From Eledone cirrhosa (Eukaryota): 64,000 nucleotides of DNA. How positions within the stretch are numbered: the first letter of the stretch is position 1; each line of letters opens with the position of its first letter. Below, one piece after another: positions 15,001 to 30,000 of this stretch. Under the pieces are notes generated by a model, which searched no databases, was not told the origin of the DNA, and saw only the letters and a list, made by a program, of their open reading frames with translations. The DNA lies in NCBI GenBank assembly GCA_964016885.1, contig OZ024740.1, positions 37,014,001 through 37,078,000 of the forward strand. Reading direction: 5' to 3'. Made by a program: the position numbers and the translations under genes.

Positions 15001-18000
15001 AATATATATTATAGAATTGAAGATCAGAGCTGACCTCTGGTTAAACAATATATATTATAGAATTGAAGATCAGAGCTGACCTCTGGTTAAACAATATATA
15101 TTTTAGAATTGTAGATCAGAGCTGAAATGTGGTTAAACAATATATATTATAGAATTGTAGTTCAGAGCTGACCTGCAGTTAAACAATATATATTATAGTA
15201 TTGTAGATCAGAGCTGACCTGTGGTTAAACAAAATATATTATAGAATTGTAGATCAGAGCTGGCCTGTCGTTAAACATATATATTATAGAATTGTAGATC
15301 AGAGCTGACCTGCGGTTAAACAATATATATTATAGAATTGTAGAGCAGAGCTGACCTGTGGTTAAACAATATATATTATAGAATTGTAGATCAGAGCTGA
15401 CCTGTGGTTAACCAATATATATTATAGAATTGTAGATCAGAGCTGACCTGTGGTTAAACAATATATATTATAGAATTGTAGTTCAGAGCTGACATGTGGT
15501 TAAATAATAAATATTATAGAATTGTAGATCAGAGCTGACCTGTGGTTAAAGAATATATATTATAGAATTGAAGATCAGAGCTGACCTGTAGTTAAACAAT
15601 ATATATTATAGAATTGTAGATCAGAGCTGTCCTCTGGTTAAACAATATATATTATAGAATTGTAGATCAGAGCAGACATGAGGTTAAACAATATATATTA
15701 TAGAATTGTAGATCAGAGCTGTCCTGTGGTTAAACAATATATATTAAAGAATTGTAGATCAGAGCTGACCTGTGGTTAAATAATATATATTATAGAATTG
15801 TAGATCAGAGCTGACCTGTGGTTAACCAATATATATTATAGAATTGTAGATCAGAGCTGACCTGTGGTTAAACAATATATATTATAGAATTGTAGATCAG
15901 AGCTGACCTGTGGTTAAACAATATATATTATAGAATTGTAGATCAGAGCTGACCTGTGGTTAAACTATATATTATAGAATTGTAGATCAGAGCTTACCTC
16001 TGGTTAAATAATATATATTATAGAATAGTAGATCAGAGCTGACCTGTGGTTAAACAATATATATTATAGAATTGTAGATCAGAGCTGACCTGTGGTTAAA
16101 CAATATATATTATAGAATTCTAGATCAGAGCTGACCTGAGGTTAAACAATATATATTATAGAATTGTAGATCAGAGCTGACCTGTGGTTAAACAATATAT
16201 ATTATAGAATTTTTTATCAGAGCTGACCTGTGGTTAAACAATATATATTATAGAATTGTAGATCAGAGCTGTCCTCTGGTTAAACAATATATATTATAGA
16301 ATTGTAGATCAGAGCTGACCAGTGGTTAAACAATATATATTATAGAATTGTAGATCAGAGCTGACCTGAGGTTAAACAATATATATTATAGAATTGTAGA
16401 TCAGAGCTGACCTGTGGTTAAACAATATATATTATAGAATTGTAGATCAGAGCTGACCAGTGGTTAAACAATATATATTATAGAATTGTAGATCAGAGCT
16501 GACCTGTGGTTAAACAATATATATTATAGAATTGTAGATCAGAGCTGATCTGTGGTTAAACAATATATATTATAGAATTGTAGATCAGAGCTGACCTGAG
16601 GTTAAACAATATAAATTATAGAATTGTAGATCAGAGCTGACCTGTGGTTAAACAATATATATTATAGAATTGTAGATCAGAGCTGTCCTCTGGCTAAACA
16701 ACATATGTTATAGATTTGTATATCAGAGCTGTCCTCTGGTTAAACAATATATATTATAGAATTGTAGATCAGAGCTGACTTGAGGTTAAACAATATATAT
16801 TATAGAATTGTAGATCAGAGCTGACCTGTGGTTAAACAATATATATAATAGAATTGTAGATGAGAGCTGACCTGTGGTTAAACAATATATATTATAGAAT
16901 AGTAGATCAGAGCTGAACTGTGGTTAAACAATATATATTATAGAATTTTAGATCAGAGCTGACCTGTGGTTAATCAATATATATTATAGATTAGTAGATC
17001 AGTGCTGACCTGTGGTTAAACAATATATATATTATAGAATTGTAGATCAGAGCTGACGTGTGGTTAAACAATATATATTATAGAATTGTAGATCAGAGCT
17101 GACCTGTGGTTAAACAATATATATTATAGAATTGTAGATCAGAGCTGACCTGTCGTTAAACAATATATATAATAGAATTGTAGATCAGAGCTGACCTGTG
17201 GTTAAACAATATATATTATAGAATTGTAGATGAGAGCTTACCTGTGGTTAAACAATATATATTATAGAATTGTAGATGAGAGCTGACCTGTGGTTAAACA
17301 ATATATATTATAGAATTGTAGATCAGAGCTGACCTGTGGTTAAACAATATATATTATAGAATTGTAGATGAGAGCTGACCTGTGGTTAAACAATATATAT
17401 TATAGAATTGTAGATCAGAGCTGACCTGTGGTTAAACAATATATATTATAAAATTGTAGATCAGAGCTGACCTGTGGTTAAACAATATATATTATAGAAT
17501 TGTAGATCAGAGCTGACCTGTCGTTAAACAATATATATAATAGAATTGTAGATCAGAGCTGACCACTGGTTAAACAATATATATTATAGAATTGTAGATG
17601 AGAGCTGACCTGTGGTTAAACAATATATATTATAGAATTGTAGATCAGAGCTGACCTGTGGTTAACCAATATATATTATAGAATTGTAGATCAGAGCTGA
17701 CCTGTGGTTAAACAATATATATTATAGAATTGTAGATCAGAGCTGACCAGTGGTTAAACAATATATATTATAGAATTGTAGATCAGAGCTGACCTGTGGT
17801 TAAACAATATATATTATAGAATTGTAGATCAGAGCTGATCTGTGGTTAAACAATATATATTATAGAATTGTAGATCAGAGCTGACCTGAGGTTAAACAAT
17901 ATTAATTATAGAATTGTAGATCAGAGCTGACCTGTGGTTAAACAATATATATTATAGAATTGTAGATCAGAGCTGTCCTCTGGCTAAACAACATATGTTA

Positions 18001-21000
18001 TAGATTTGTAGATCAGAGCTGTCCTCTGGTTAAACAATATATATTATAGAATTGTAGATCAGAGCTGACCTGTGGTTAAACAATATATATTATAGAATTG
18101 TAGATCAGAGCTGACCTGTGGTTAAACAATATATATTATAGAATTGTAGATCAGAGCTGACCTGAGGTTAAACAATATAAATTATAGAATTGTAGATCAG
18201 AGCTGACCTGTGGTTAAACAATATATATAATAGAATTGTAGATGAGAGCTGACCTGTGGTTAAACAATATATATTATAGAATAGTAGATCAGAGCTGAAC
18301 TGTGGTTAAACAATATATATTATAGAATTGTAGATCAGAGCTGACCTGTGGTTAAACAATATATATTATAGAATTTTTGATCAGAGCTGACCTGTGGTTA
18401 AACAATATATCTTATAGAATTGTAGATCAGAGCTGACATGTGGTTAAATAATAAACATTATAGAATTGTAGATCAGAGCTGACCTGTGGTTAAACAATAT
18501 ATATTATAGAATTGTAGATCAGAGCTGACCTATGGTTAAACAATATATATTATAGAATTGTAGATCAGAGCTGACCTGTGGTTAAACAAAATATATTATA
18601 GAATTGTAGAGCAGAGCTGACCTGTGGTTAAACAAAATATATTATAGAATTGTAGAGCAGAGCTGACCTGTGGTTAAACAATATATATTATAGAATTGTA
18701 GATCAGAGCTGACCTGCAGTTAAACAATATATATTATAGTATTGTAGATCAGAGCTGACCTGTGGTTAAACAAAATATATTATAGAATTGTAGATCAGAG
18801 CTGGCCTGTCGTTAAACATATATATTATAGAATTGTAGATCAGAGCTGACCTGTGGTTAAACAATATATATTATAGAATTGTAGATCAGAGCTGACCTGC
18901 AGTTAAACAATATATATTATAGTATTGTAGATCAGAGCTGACCTGTGGTTAAACAAAATATATTATAGAATTGTAGATCAGAGCTGGCCTGTCGTTAAAC
19001 ATATATATTATAGAATTGTAGATCAGAGCTCACCTGCGGTTAAACAATATATATTATAGAATTGTAGAGCAGAGCTGACCTGTGGTTAAACAATATATAT
19101 TATAGAATTGTAGATCAGAGCTGACCTGTGGTTAACCAATATATATTATAGAATTGTAGATCAGAGCTGACCTGTGGTTCAACAATATATATTATAGAAT
19201 TGTAGATCAGAGCTGACCTGTGGTTAAACAATATATATTATAGAATTGTAGTTCAGAGCTGACATGTGGTTAAATAATAAATATTATAGAATTGTAGATC
19301 AGAGCTGACCTGTGGTTAAAGAATATATATTATAGAATTGAAGATCAGAGCTGACCTGTAGTTAAACAATATATATTATAGAATTGTAGATCAGAGCTGT
19401 CCTCTGGTTAAACAATATATATTATAGAATTGTAGATCAGAGCAGACTTGAGGTTAAACAATATATATTATAGAGTTGTAGATCAGAGCTGATCTGTGGT
19501 TAAACAATATATATTATAGAATTGTAGATCAGAGCTGACCTGTGGTTAAACAAAATATATTATAGAATTGTAGAGCAGAGCTGACCTGTGGTTAAACAAA
19601 ATATATTATAGAATTGTAGAGCAGAGCTGACCTGTGGTTAAACAATATATATTATAGAATTGTAGATCAGAGCTGACCTGCAGTTAAACAATATATATTA
19701 TAGTATTGTAGATCAGAGCTGACCTGTGGTTAAACAATATATATTATAGAATTGTAGATCAGAGCTGACCTGTGGTTAAACAATATATATTATAGAATTC
19801 TAGATCAGAGCTGACCTGAGGTTAAACAATATATATTATAGAATTGTAGATCAGAGCTGACCTGTGGTTAAACAATATATATTATAGAATTTTTTATCAG
19901 AGCTGACCTGTGGTTAAACAATATATATTATAGAATTGTAGATCAGAGCTGTCCTCTGGTTAAACAATATATATTATAGAATTGTAGATCAGAGCTGACC
20001 AGTGGTTAAACAATATATATTATAGAATTGTAGATCAGAGCTGACCTGAGGTTAAACAATATATATTATAGAATTGTAGATCAGAGCTGACCTGTGGTTA
20101 AACAATATATATTATAGAATTGTAGATCAGAGCTGACCAGTGGTTAAACAATATATATTATAGAATTGTAGATCAGAGCTGACCTGTGGTTAAACAATAT
20201 ATATTATAGAATTGTAGATCAGAGCTGATCTGTGGTTAAACAATATATATTATAGAATTGTAGATCAGAGCTGACCTGAGGTTAAACAATATAAATTATA
20301 GAATTGTAGATCAGAGCTGACCTGTGGTTAAACAATATATATTATAGAATTGTAGATCAGAGCTGTCCTCTGGCTAAACAACATATGTTATAGATTTGTA
20401 TATCAGAGCTGTCCTCTGGTTAAACAATATATATTATAGAATTGTAGATCAGAGCTGATTTGAGGTTAAACAATATATATTATAGAATTGTAGATCAGAG
20501 CTGACCTGTGGTTAAACAATATATATAATAGAATTGTAGATGAGAGCTGACCTGTGGTTAAACAATATATATTATAGAATAGTAGATCAGAGCTGAACTG
20601 TGGTTAAACAATATATATTATAGAATTTTAGATCAGAGCTGACCTGTGGTTAATCAATATATATTATAGATTAGTAGATCAGTGCTGACCTGTGGTTAAA
20701 CAATATATATTATAGAATTGTAGATCAGAGCTGACGTGTGGTTAAACAATATATATTATAGAATTGTAGATCAGAGCTGACCTGTGGTTAAACAATATAT
20801 ATTATAGAATTGTAGATCAGAGCTGACCTGTCGTTAAACAATATATATTATAGAATTGTAGATCAGAGCTGACCTGTGGTTAAACAATATATATTATAGA
20901 ATTGTAGATGAGAGCTTACCTGTGGTTAAACAATATATATAATAGAATTGTAGATCAGAGCTGACCTGTGGTTAAACAATATATATTATAGAATTGTAGA

Positions 21001-24000
21001 TGAGAGCTTACCTGTGGTTAAACAATATATATAATAGAATTGTAGATCAGAGCTGACCTGTGGTTAAACAATATATATTATAGAATTGTAGATGAGAGCT
21101 TACCTGTGGTTAAACAATATATATAATAGAATTGTAGATCAGAGCTGACCTGTGGTTAAACAATATATATTATAGAATTGTAGATGAGAGCTTACCTGTG
21201 GTTAAACAATATATATAATAGAATTGTAGATCAGAGCTGACCTGTGGTTAAACAATATATATTATAGAATTGTAGATGAGAGCTTACCTGTGGTTAAACA
21301 ATATATATTATAGAATTGTAGATCAGAGCTGACCTGTGGTTAAACAATATATATTATAGAATTGTAGATGAGAGCTGACCTGTGGTTAAACAATATATAT
21401 TATAGAATTGTAGAACAGAGCTGACCTGTGGTTAAACAATATATATTATAGAATTGTAGATCAGAGCTGACCTGTGGTTAAACTATATATATTATAGAAT
21501 TGTAGATCAGAGCTGACCTCTGGTTAAACAATATATATTATAGAATTGTAGATCAGAGCTGACCAGTGGTTAAACAATATATATTATAGAATTGTAGATC
21601 AGAGCTGACCTGTGGTTAAACAATATATATTATAGAATTGTAGATCAGAGCTGATCTGTGGTTAAACAATATATATTATAGAATTGTAGATCAGAGCTGA
21701 CCTGAGGTTAAACAATATAAATTATAGAATTGTAGATCAGAGCTGACCTGTGGTTAAACAATATATATTATAGAATTGTAGATCAGAGCTGTCCTCTGGC
21801 TAAACAACATATGTTATAGATTTGTAGATCAGAGCTGTCCTCTGGTTAAACAATATATATTATAGAATTGTAGATCAGAGCTGACCTGTGGTTAAACAAT
21901 ATATATTATAGAATTGTAGATCAGAGCTGACCTGTGGTTAAACAATATATATTATAGAATTGTAGATCAGAGCTGACCTGAGGTTAAACAATATAAATTA
22001 TAGAATTGTAGATCAGAGCTGACCTGTGGTTAAACAATATATATAATAGAATTGTAGATGAGAGCTGACCTGTGGTTAAACAATATATATTATAGAATAG
22101 TAGATCAGAGCTGAACTGTGGTTAAACACTATATATTATAGAATTGTAGATCAGAGCTGACCTGTGGTTAAACAATATATATTATAGAATTTTAGATCAG
22201 AGCTGACCTGTGGTTAAACAATATATCTTATAGAATTGTAGATCAGAGCTGACATGTGGTTAAATAATAAACATTATAGAATTGTAGATCAGAGCTGACC
22301 TGTGGTTAAACAATATATATTATAGAATTGTAGATCAGAGCTGACCTATGGTTAAACAATATATATTATAGAATTGTAGATCAGAGCTGACCTGTGGTTA
22401 AACAAAATATATTATAGAATTGTAGAGCAGAGCTGACCTGTGGTTAAACAAAATATATTATAGAATTGTAGAGCAGAGCTGACCTGTGGTTAAACAATAT
22501 ATATTATAGAATTGTAGATCAGAGCTGACCTGCAGTTAAACAATATATATTATAGTATTGTAGATCAGAGCTGACCTGTGGTTAAACAAAATATATTATA
22601 GAATTGTAGATCAGAGCTGGCCTGTCGTTAAACATATATATTATAGAATTGTAGATCAGAGCTGACCTGTGGTTAAACAATATATATTATAGAATTGTAG
22701 ATCAGAGCTGACCTGCAGTTAAACAATATATATTATAGTATTGTAGATCAGAGCTGACCTGTGGTTAAACAAAATATATTATAGAATTGTAGATCAGAGC
22801 TGGCCTGTCGTTAAACATATATATTATAGAATTGTAGATCAGAGCTCACCTGCGGTTAAACAATATATATTATAGAATTGTAGAGCAGAGCTGACCTGTG
22901 GTTAAACAATATATATTATAGAATTGTAGATCAGAGCTGACCTGTGGTTAACCAATATATATTATAGAATTGTAGATCAGAGCTGACCTGTGGTTCAACA
23001 ATATATATTATAGAATTGTAGATCAGAGCTGACCTGTGGTTAAACAATATATATTATAGAATTGTAGTTCAGAGCTGACATGTGGTTAAATAATAAATAT
23101 TATAGAATTGTAGATCAGAGCTGACCTGTGGTTAAAGAATATATATTATAGAATTGAAGATCAGAGCTGACCTGTAGTTAAACAATATATATTATAGAAT
23201 TGTAGATCAGAGCTGTCCTCTGGTTAAACAATATATATTATAGAATTGTAGATCAGAGCAGACTTGAGGTTAAACAATATATATTATAGAGTTGTAGATC
23301 AGAGCTGATCTGTGGTTAAACAATATATATTATAGAATTGTAGATCAGAGCTGACCTGTGGTTAAACAAAATATATTATAGAATTGTAGAGCAGAGCTGA
23401 CCTGTGGTTAAACAAAATATATTATAGAATTGTAGAGCAGAGCTGACCTGTGGTTAAACAATATATATTATAGAATTGTAGATAAGAGCTGACCTGCAGT
23501 TAAACAATATATATTATAGTATTGTAGATCAGAGCTGACCTGTGGTTAAACAATATATATTATAGAATTGTAGATCAGAGCTGATTTGCGGTTAAACAAT
23601 ATATATTATAGAATTGTAGAGCAGAGCTGACCTGTGGTTAAACAATATATATTATAGAATTGTAGATCAGAGCTGACCTGTGGTTAACCAATATATATTA
23701 TAGAATTGTAGATCAGAGCTGACCTGTGGTTCAACAATATATATTATAGAATTGTAGTTCAGAGCTGACATGTGGTTAAATAATAAATATTATAGAATTG
23801 TAGATCAGAGCTGACCTGTGGTTAAAGAATATATATTATAGAATTGAAGATCAGAGCTGACCTGTAGTTAAACAATATATATTATAGAATTGTAGATCAG
23901 AGCTGTCCTCTGGTTAAACAATATATATTATAGAATTGTAGATCAGAGCTGTCCTCTGGTTAAACAATATATATTATAGAATTGTAGATCAGAGCTGACC

Positions 24001-27000
24001 TGTGGTTAAACAATATATATTATAGAATTGTAGATCAGAGCTGACCTGTGGTTAAACAATATATATTATAGAATTGTAGATCAGAGCTGACCTGAGGTTA
24101 AACAATATAAATTATAGAATTGTAGATCAGAGCTGACCTGTGGTTAAACAATATATATAATAGAATTGTAGATGAGAGCTGACCTGTGGTTAAACAATAT
24201 ATATTATAGAATAGTAGATCAGAGCTGAACTGTGGTTAAACAATATATATTATAGAATTGTAGATCAGAGCTGACCTGTGGTTAAACAATATATATTATA
24301 GAATTGTAGATCAGAGCTGACCTGTGGTTAAACAATATATATTATAGAATTGTAGATCAGAGCTGACCTGTGGTTAAACAATATATATTATAGAATTGTA
24401 GATCAGAGCTGACATGTGGTTAAACAATATATATTATAGAATTGTAGATCAGAGCTGGCCTGTGGTTAAGCAATATATATTATAGAATTGTAGATCAGAG
24501 CTGACATGTGGTTAAATAATAAACATTATAGAATTGTAGATCAGAGCTGACCTGTGGTTAAACAATATATATTATAGAATTGTAGATCAGAGCTGACCTA
24601 TGGTTAAACAATATATATTATAGAATTGTAGATCAGAGCTGACCTGTGGTTAAACAAAATATATTATAGAATTGTAGAGCAGAGCTGACCTGTGGTTAAA
24701 GAATATATATTATAGAATTGAAGATCAGAGCTGACCTGTAGTTAAACAATATATATTATAGAATTGTAGATCAGAGCTGTCCTCTGGTTAAACAATATAT
24801 ATTATAGAATTGTAGATCAGAGCAGACTTGAGGTTAAACAATATATATTATAGAGTTGTAGATCAGAGCTGATCTGTGGTTAAACAATATATATTATAGA
24901 ATTGTAGATCAGAGCTGACCTGTGGTTAAACAAAATATATTATAGAATTGTAGAGCAGAGCTGACCTGTGGTTAAACAAAATATATTATAGAATTGTAGA
25001 GCAGAGCTGACCTGTGGTTAAACAATATATATTATAGAATTGTAGATCAGAGCTGACCTGCAGTTAAACAATTTATATTATAGTATTGTAGATCAGAGCT
25101 GACCTGTGGTTAAACAAAATATATTATAGAATTGTAGATCAGAGCTGGCCTGTCGTTAAACATATATATTATAGAATTGTAGATCAGAGCTGATTTGCGG
25201 TTAAACAATATATATTATAGAATTGTAGAGCAGAGCTGACCTGTGGTTAAACAATATATATTATAGAATTGTAGATCAGAGCTGACCTGTGGTTAACCAA
25301 TATATATTATAGAATTGTAGATCAGAGCTGACCTGTGGTTCAACAATATATATTATAGAATTGTAGTTCAGAGCTGACATGTGGTTAAAGAATATATATT
25401 ATAGAATTGAAGATCAGAGCTGACCTGTAGTTAAATAATATATATTATAGAATTGTAGATCAGAGCTGTCCTCTGGTTAAACAATATATATTATAGAATT
25501 GTAGATCAGAGCAGACTTGAGGTTAAACAATATATATTATAGAGTTGTAGATCAGAGCTGATCTGTGGTTAAACAATATATATTATAGAATTGTAGATCA
25601 GAGCTGACCTGAGGTTAAACAATATAAATTATAGAATTGTAGATCAGAGCTGACCTGTGGTTAAACAATATATATTATAGAATTGTAGATCAGAGCTGTC
25701 CTCTGGCTAAACAACATATGTTATAGATTTGTAGATCAGAGCTGTCCTCTGGTTAAACAATATATATTATAGAATTGTAGATCAGAGCTGACCTGTGGTT
25801 AAACAATATATATTATAGAATTGTAGATCAGAGCTGTCCTCTGGCTAAACAACATATGTTATAGATTTGTAGATCAGAGCTGTCCTCTGGTTAAACAATA
25901 TATATTATAGAATTGTAGATCAGAGCTGACCTGTGGTTAAACAATATATATTATAGAATTGTAGATCAGAGCTGACCTGTGGTTAAACAATATATATTAT
26001 AGAATTGTAGATCAGAGCTGACCTGAGGTTAAACAATATAAATTATAGAATTGTAGATCAGAGCTGACCTGTGGTTAAACAATATATATATAATAGAATT
26101 GTAGATGAGAGCTGACCTGTGGTTAAACAATATATATTATAGAATAGTAGATCAGAGCTGAACTGTGGTTAAACAATATATATTATAGAATTGTAGATCA
26201 GAGCTGACCTGTGGTTAAACAATATATATTATAGAATTGTAGATCAGAGCTGACCTGTGGTTAAACAATATATATTATAGAATTGTAGATCAGAGCTGAC
26301 CTGTCGTTAAATAATATATATTATAGAATTGTAGAGCAGAGCTGACCTGTGGTTAAACAATATATATTTTAGAATTGTAGATCAGAGCTGAAATGTGGTT
26401 AAACAATATATATTATAGAATTTTAGATCAGAGCTGACCTGAGGTTAAACAATATATATTATAGAATTGTAGATCAGAGCTGACCTGTGGTTAAACAATA
26501 TATCTTATAGAATTGTAGATCAGAGCTGACCTGTGGTTAAACAATATATATTATACAATTGTAGATCAGAGCTGACCTATGGTTAAACAATATATATTAT
26601 AGAATTGTAGATCAGAGCTGACCTGTGGTTAAACAAAATATATTATAGAATTGTAGAGCAGAGCTGACCTGTGGTTGAACAAAATATATTATAGAATTGT
26701 AGAGCAGAGCTGACCTGTGGTTAAACAATATATATTATAGAATTGTAGATCAGAGCTGACCTGCAGTTAAACAATATATATTATAGTATTGTAGATCAGA
26801 GCTGACCTGTGGTTAAACAACATATATTATAGAATTGTAGATCAGAGCTGGCCTGTCGTTAAACATATATATTATAGAATTGTAGATCAGAGCTGACCTG
26901 CGGTTAAACAATATATATTATAGAATTGTAGAGCAGAGCTGACCTGTGGTTAAACAATATATATTATAGAATTGTAGATCAGAGCTGACCTGTGGTTAAC

Positions 27001-30000
27001 CAATATATATTATAGAATTGTAGATCAGAGCAGACTTGAGGTTAAACAATATATATTATAGAATTGTAGTTCAGAGCTGACATGTGGTTAAATAATTAAT
27101 ATTATAGAATTGTAGATCAGAGCTGACCTGTGGTTAAAGAATATATATTATAGAATTGAAGATCAGAGCTGACCTGTAGTTAAACAATATATATTATAGA
27201 ATTGTAGATCAGAGCTGTCCTCTGGTTAAACAATATATATTATAGAATTGTAGATCAGAGCAGACTTGAGGTTAAACAATATATATTATAGAGTTGTAGA
27301 TCAGAGCTGTCCTGTGGTTAAACAATATATATTAAAGAATTGTAGATCAGAGCTGACCTGTGGTTAAATAATATATATTATAGAATTGTAGATCAGAGCT
27401 GACCTGTGGTTAACCAATATATATTATAGAATTGTAGATAAGAGCTGACCTGTGGTTAAACAATATATATTATAGAGTTGTAGATCAGAGCTGTCCTGTG
27501 GTTAAAGAATATATATTATAGAATTGTAGATCAGAGCTGACCTGTGGTTAAACAATATATATTATAGAATTGTAGATCAGAGCTGACCAGTGGTTAAACA
27601 ATATATATTATAGAATTGTAGATCAGAGCTGACCTGTGGTTAAACAATATATATTATAGAATTGTAGATCAGAGCTGATCTGTGGTTAAACAATATAAAT
27701 TATAGAATTGTAGATCAGAGCTGACCTGAGGTTAAACAATAAAAATTATAGAATTGTAGATCAGAGCTGACCTGTGGTTAAACAATATATATTATAGAAT
27801 TGTAGATCAGAGCTGTCCTCTGGCTAATCAACATATGTTATAGATTTGTAGATCAGAGCTGTCCTCTGGTTAAACAATATATATTATAGAATTGTAGATC
27901 AGAGCTGACCTGTGGTTAAACAATATATATTATAGAATTGTAGATCAGACCTGACCTGTGGTTAAACAATATATATTATAGAATTGTAGATCAGAGCTGA
28001 CTTGAGGTTAAACAATATATATTATAGAATTGTAGATCAGAGCTAACCTGTGGTTAAACAATATATATAATAGAATTGTAGATGAGAGCTGACCTGTGGT
28101 TAAACAATATATATTATAGAATAGTAGATCAGAGCTGAACCGTGGTTAAACAATATATATTATAGAATTGTAGATCAGAGCTATCCTCTGGTTAAACAAT
28201 ATATATTATAGAATTGTAGATCAGAGCTGACCTGTGGTTAAACAATATATATTATAGAATTGTATATGAGAGCTGACCTGTGGTTAAACAATATATATTA
28301 TAGAATTGTAGATCAGAGCTGACCTGTGGTTAAACAATATATATTATAGAATTGTAGATCAGAGCTGACCTGTGGTTAAACAATATATATTATAGAATTG
28401 TAGATCAGAGCTGACCTGTGGTTAAACAATATATATTATAGAATTGTAGATCAGAGCTGACCTGTGGTTAAACAATATATATTATAGAATTGTAGATCAG
28501 AGCTGACCTGTGGTTAAACAATATATATTATAGAATTGTAGATCAGAGCTGACCTGTGGTTAAACAATATATATTATAGAATTGTAGATCAGAGCTGACC
28601 TGTGGTTAAACAATATATATTATAGAATTGTAGATCAGAGCTGTCCTGTGGTTAAACAATACATATTATAGAATTGTAGATCAGAGCTGACCTGTGGTTA
28701 AACAATATATATTATAGAATTGTAGATCAGAGCTGACCTGTGGTTAAACAATATGTATAATAGAATTGTAGATCAGAGCTGACCTGTAGTTAAATAATAC
28801 ATATTATAGAATTGTAGATCAGAGCTGACCTGTGGTTAAAGAATACATATTATAGAATTGTAGATCTAGATCAGTGCTGACCTGTGGTTAAACAATATAT
28901 ATTATAGAATTGTAGATCAGAGCTGACCTGTGGTTAAATAATACATATTATAGAATTGTAGATCAGAGCTGACCTGTGGTTAAACAATACATATTATAGA
29001 ATTGTAGATCTAGATCAGTGCTGACCTGTGGTTAAACAATATATATTATAGAATTGTAGATCAGAGCTGACCTGTGGTTAAATAATACATATTATAGAAA
29101 TGTAGATCAGAGCTGACCTGTGGTTAAACAATATATATTATAGAATTGTATATGAGAGCTGACCTGTGGTTAAACAATATATATTATAGAATTGTAGATC
29201 AGAGCTGACCTGTGGTTAAACAATATATATTATAGAATTGTAGATCAGAGCTGACCTGTGGTTAAACAATATATATTATAGAATTGTAGATCAGAGCTGA
29301 CCTGTGGTTAAACAATATATATTATAGAATTGTAGATCAGAGCTGACCTGTGGTTAAACAATATATATTATAGAATTGTAGATCAGAGCTGACCTGTGGT
29401 TAAACAATATATATTATAGAATTGTAGATCAGAGCTGACCTGTGGTTAAACAATACATATTATAGAATTGTAGATCAGAGCTGACCTGTGGTTAAACAAT
29501 ATATATTATAGAATTGTAGATCAGAGCTGACCTGTGGTTAAACAATATATATTATAGAATTGTAGATCAGAGCTGACCTGTGGTTAAATAATACATATTA
29601 TAGAATTGTAGATCAGAGCTGACCTGTGGTTAAACAATATATATTATAGAATTGTAGATCAGAACTTACCTGTGGTTAACCAATATATATTATAGAATTG
29701 TAGATCAGAGCTGACCTGTGGTTAAACAATATATATTATAGACTTGTAGATCAGAGCTGGCCTGAGGTTAATAATACATATTATAGAATTGTAGATCAGA
29801 GCTGACCTGTGGTTAAACAATATATAATATAGAATTGTAGATCAGAGCTGACCAGTGGTTAAACAATATATATTATAGAATTGTAGATCAGAGCTGATCT
29901 GTGGTTAAACAATATATAATTTAGAATTGTATATCAGAGCTGACCTGTGTTTAAACAATACATATTATAGAATTGTAGATCAGAGCTGACCTGTGGTTAA

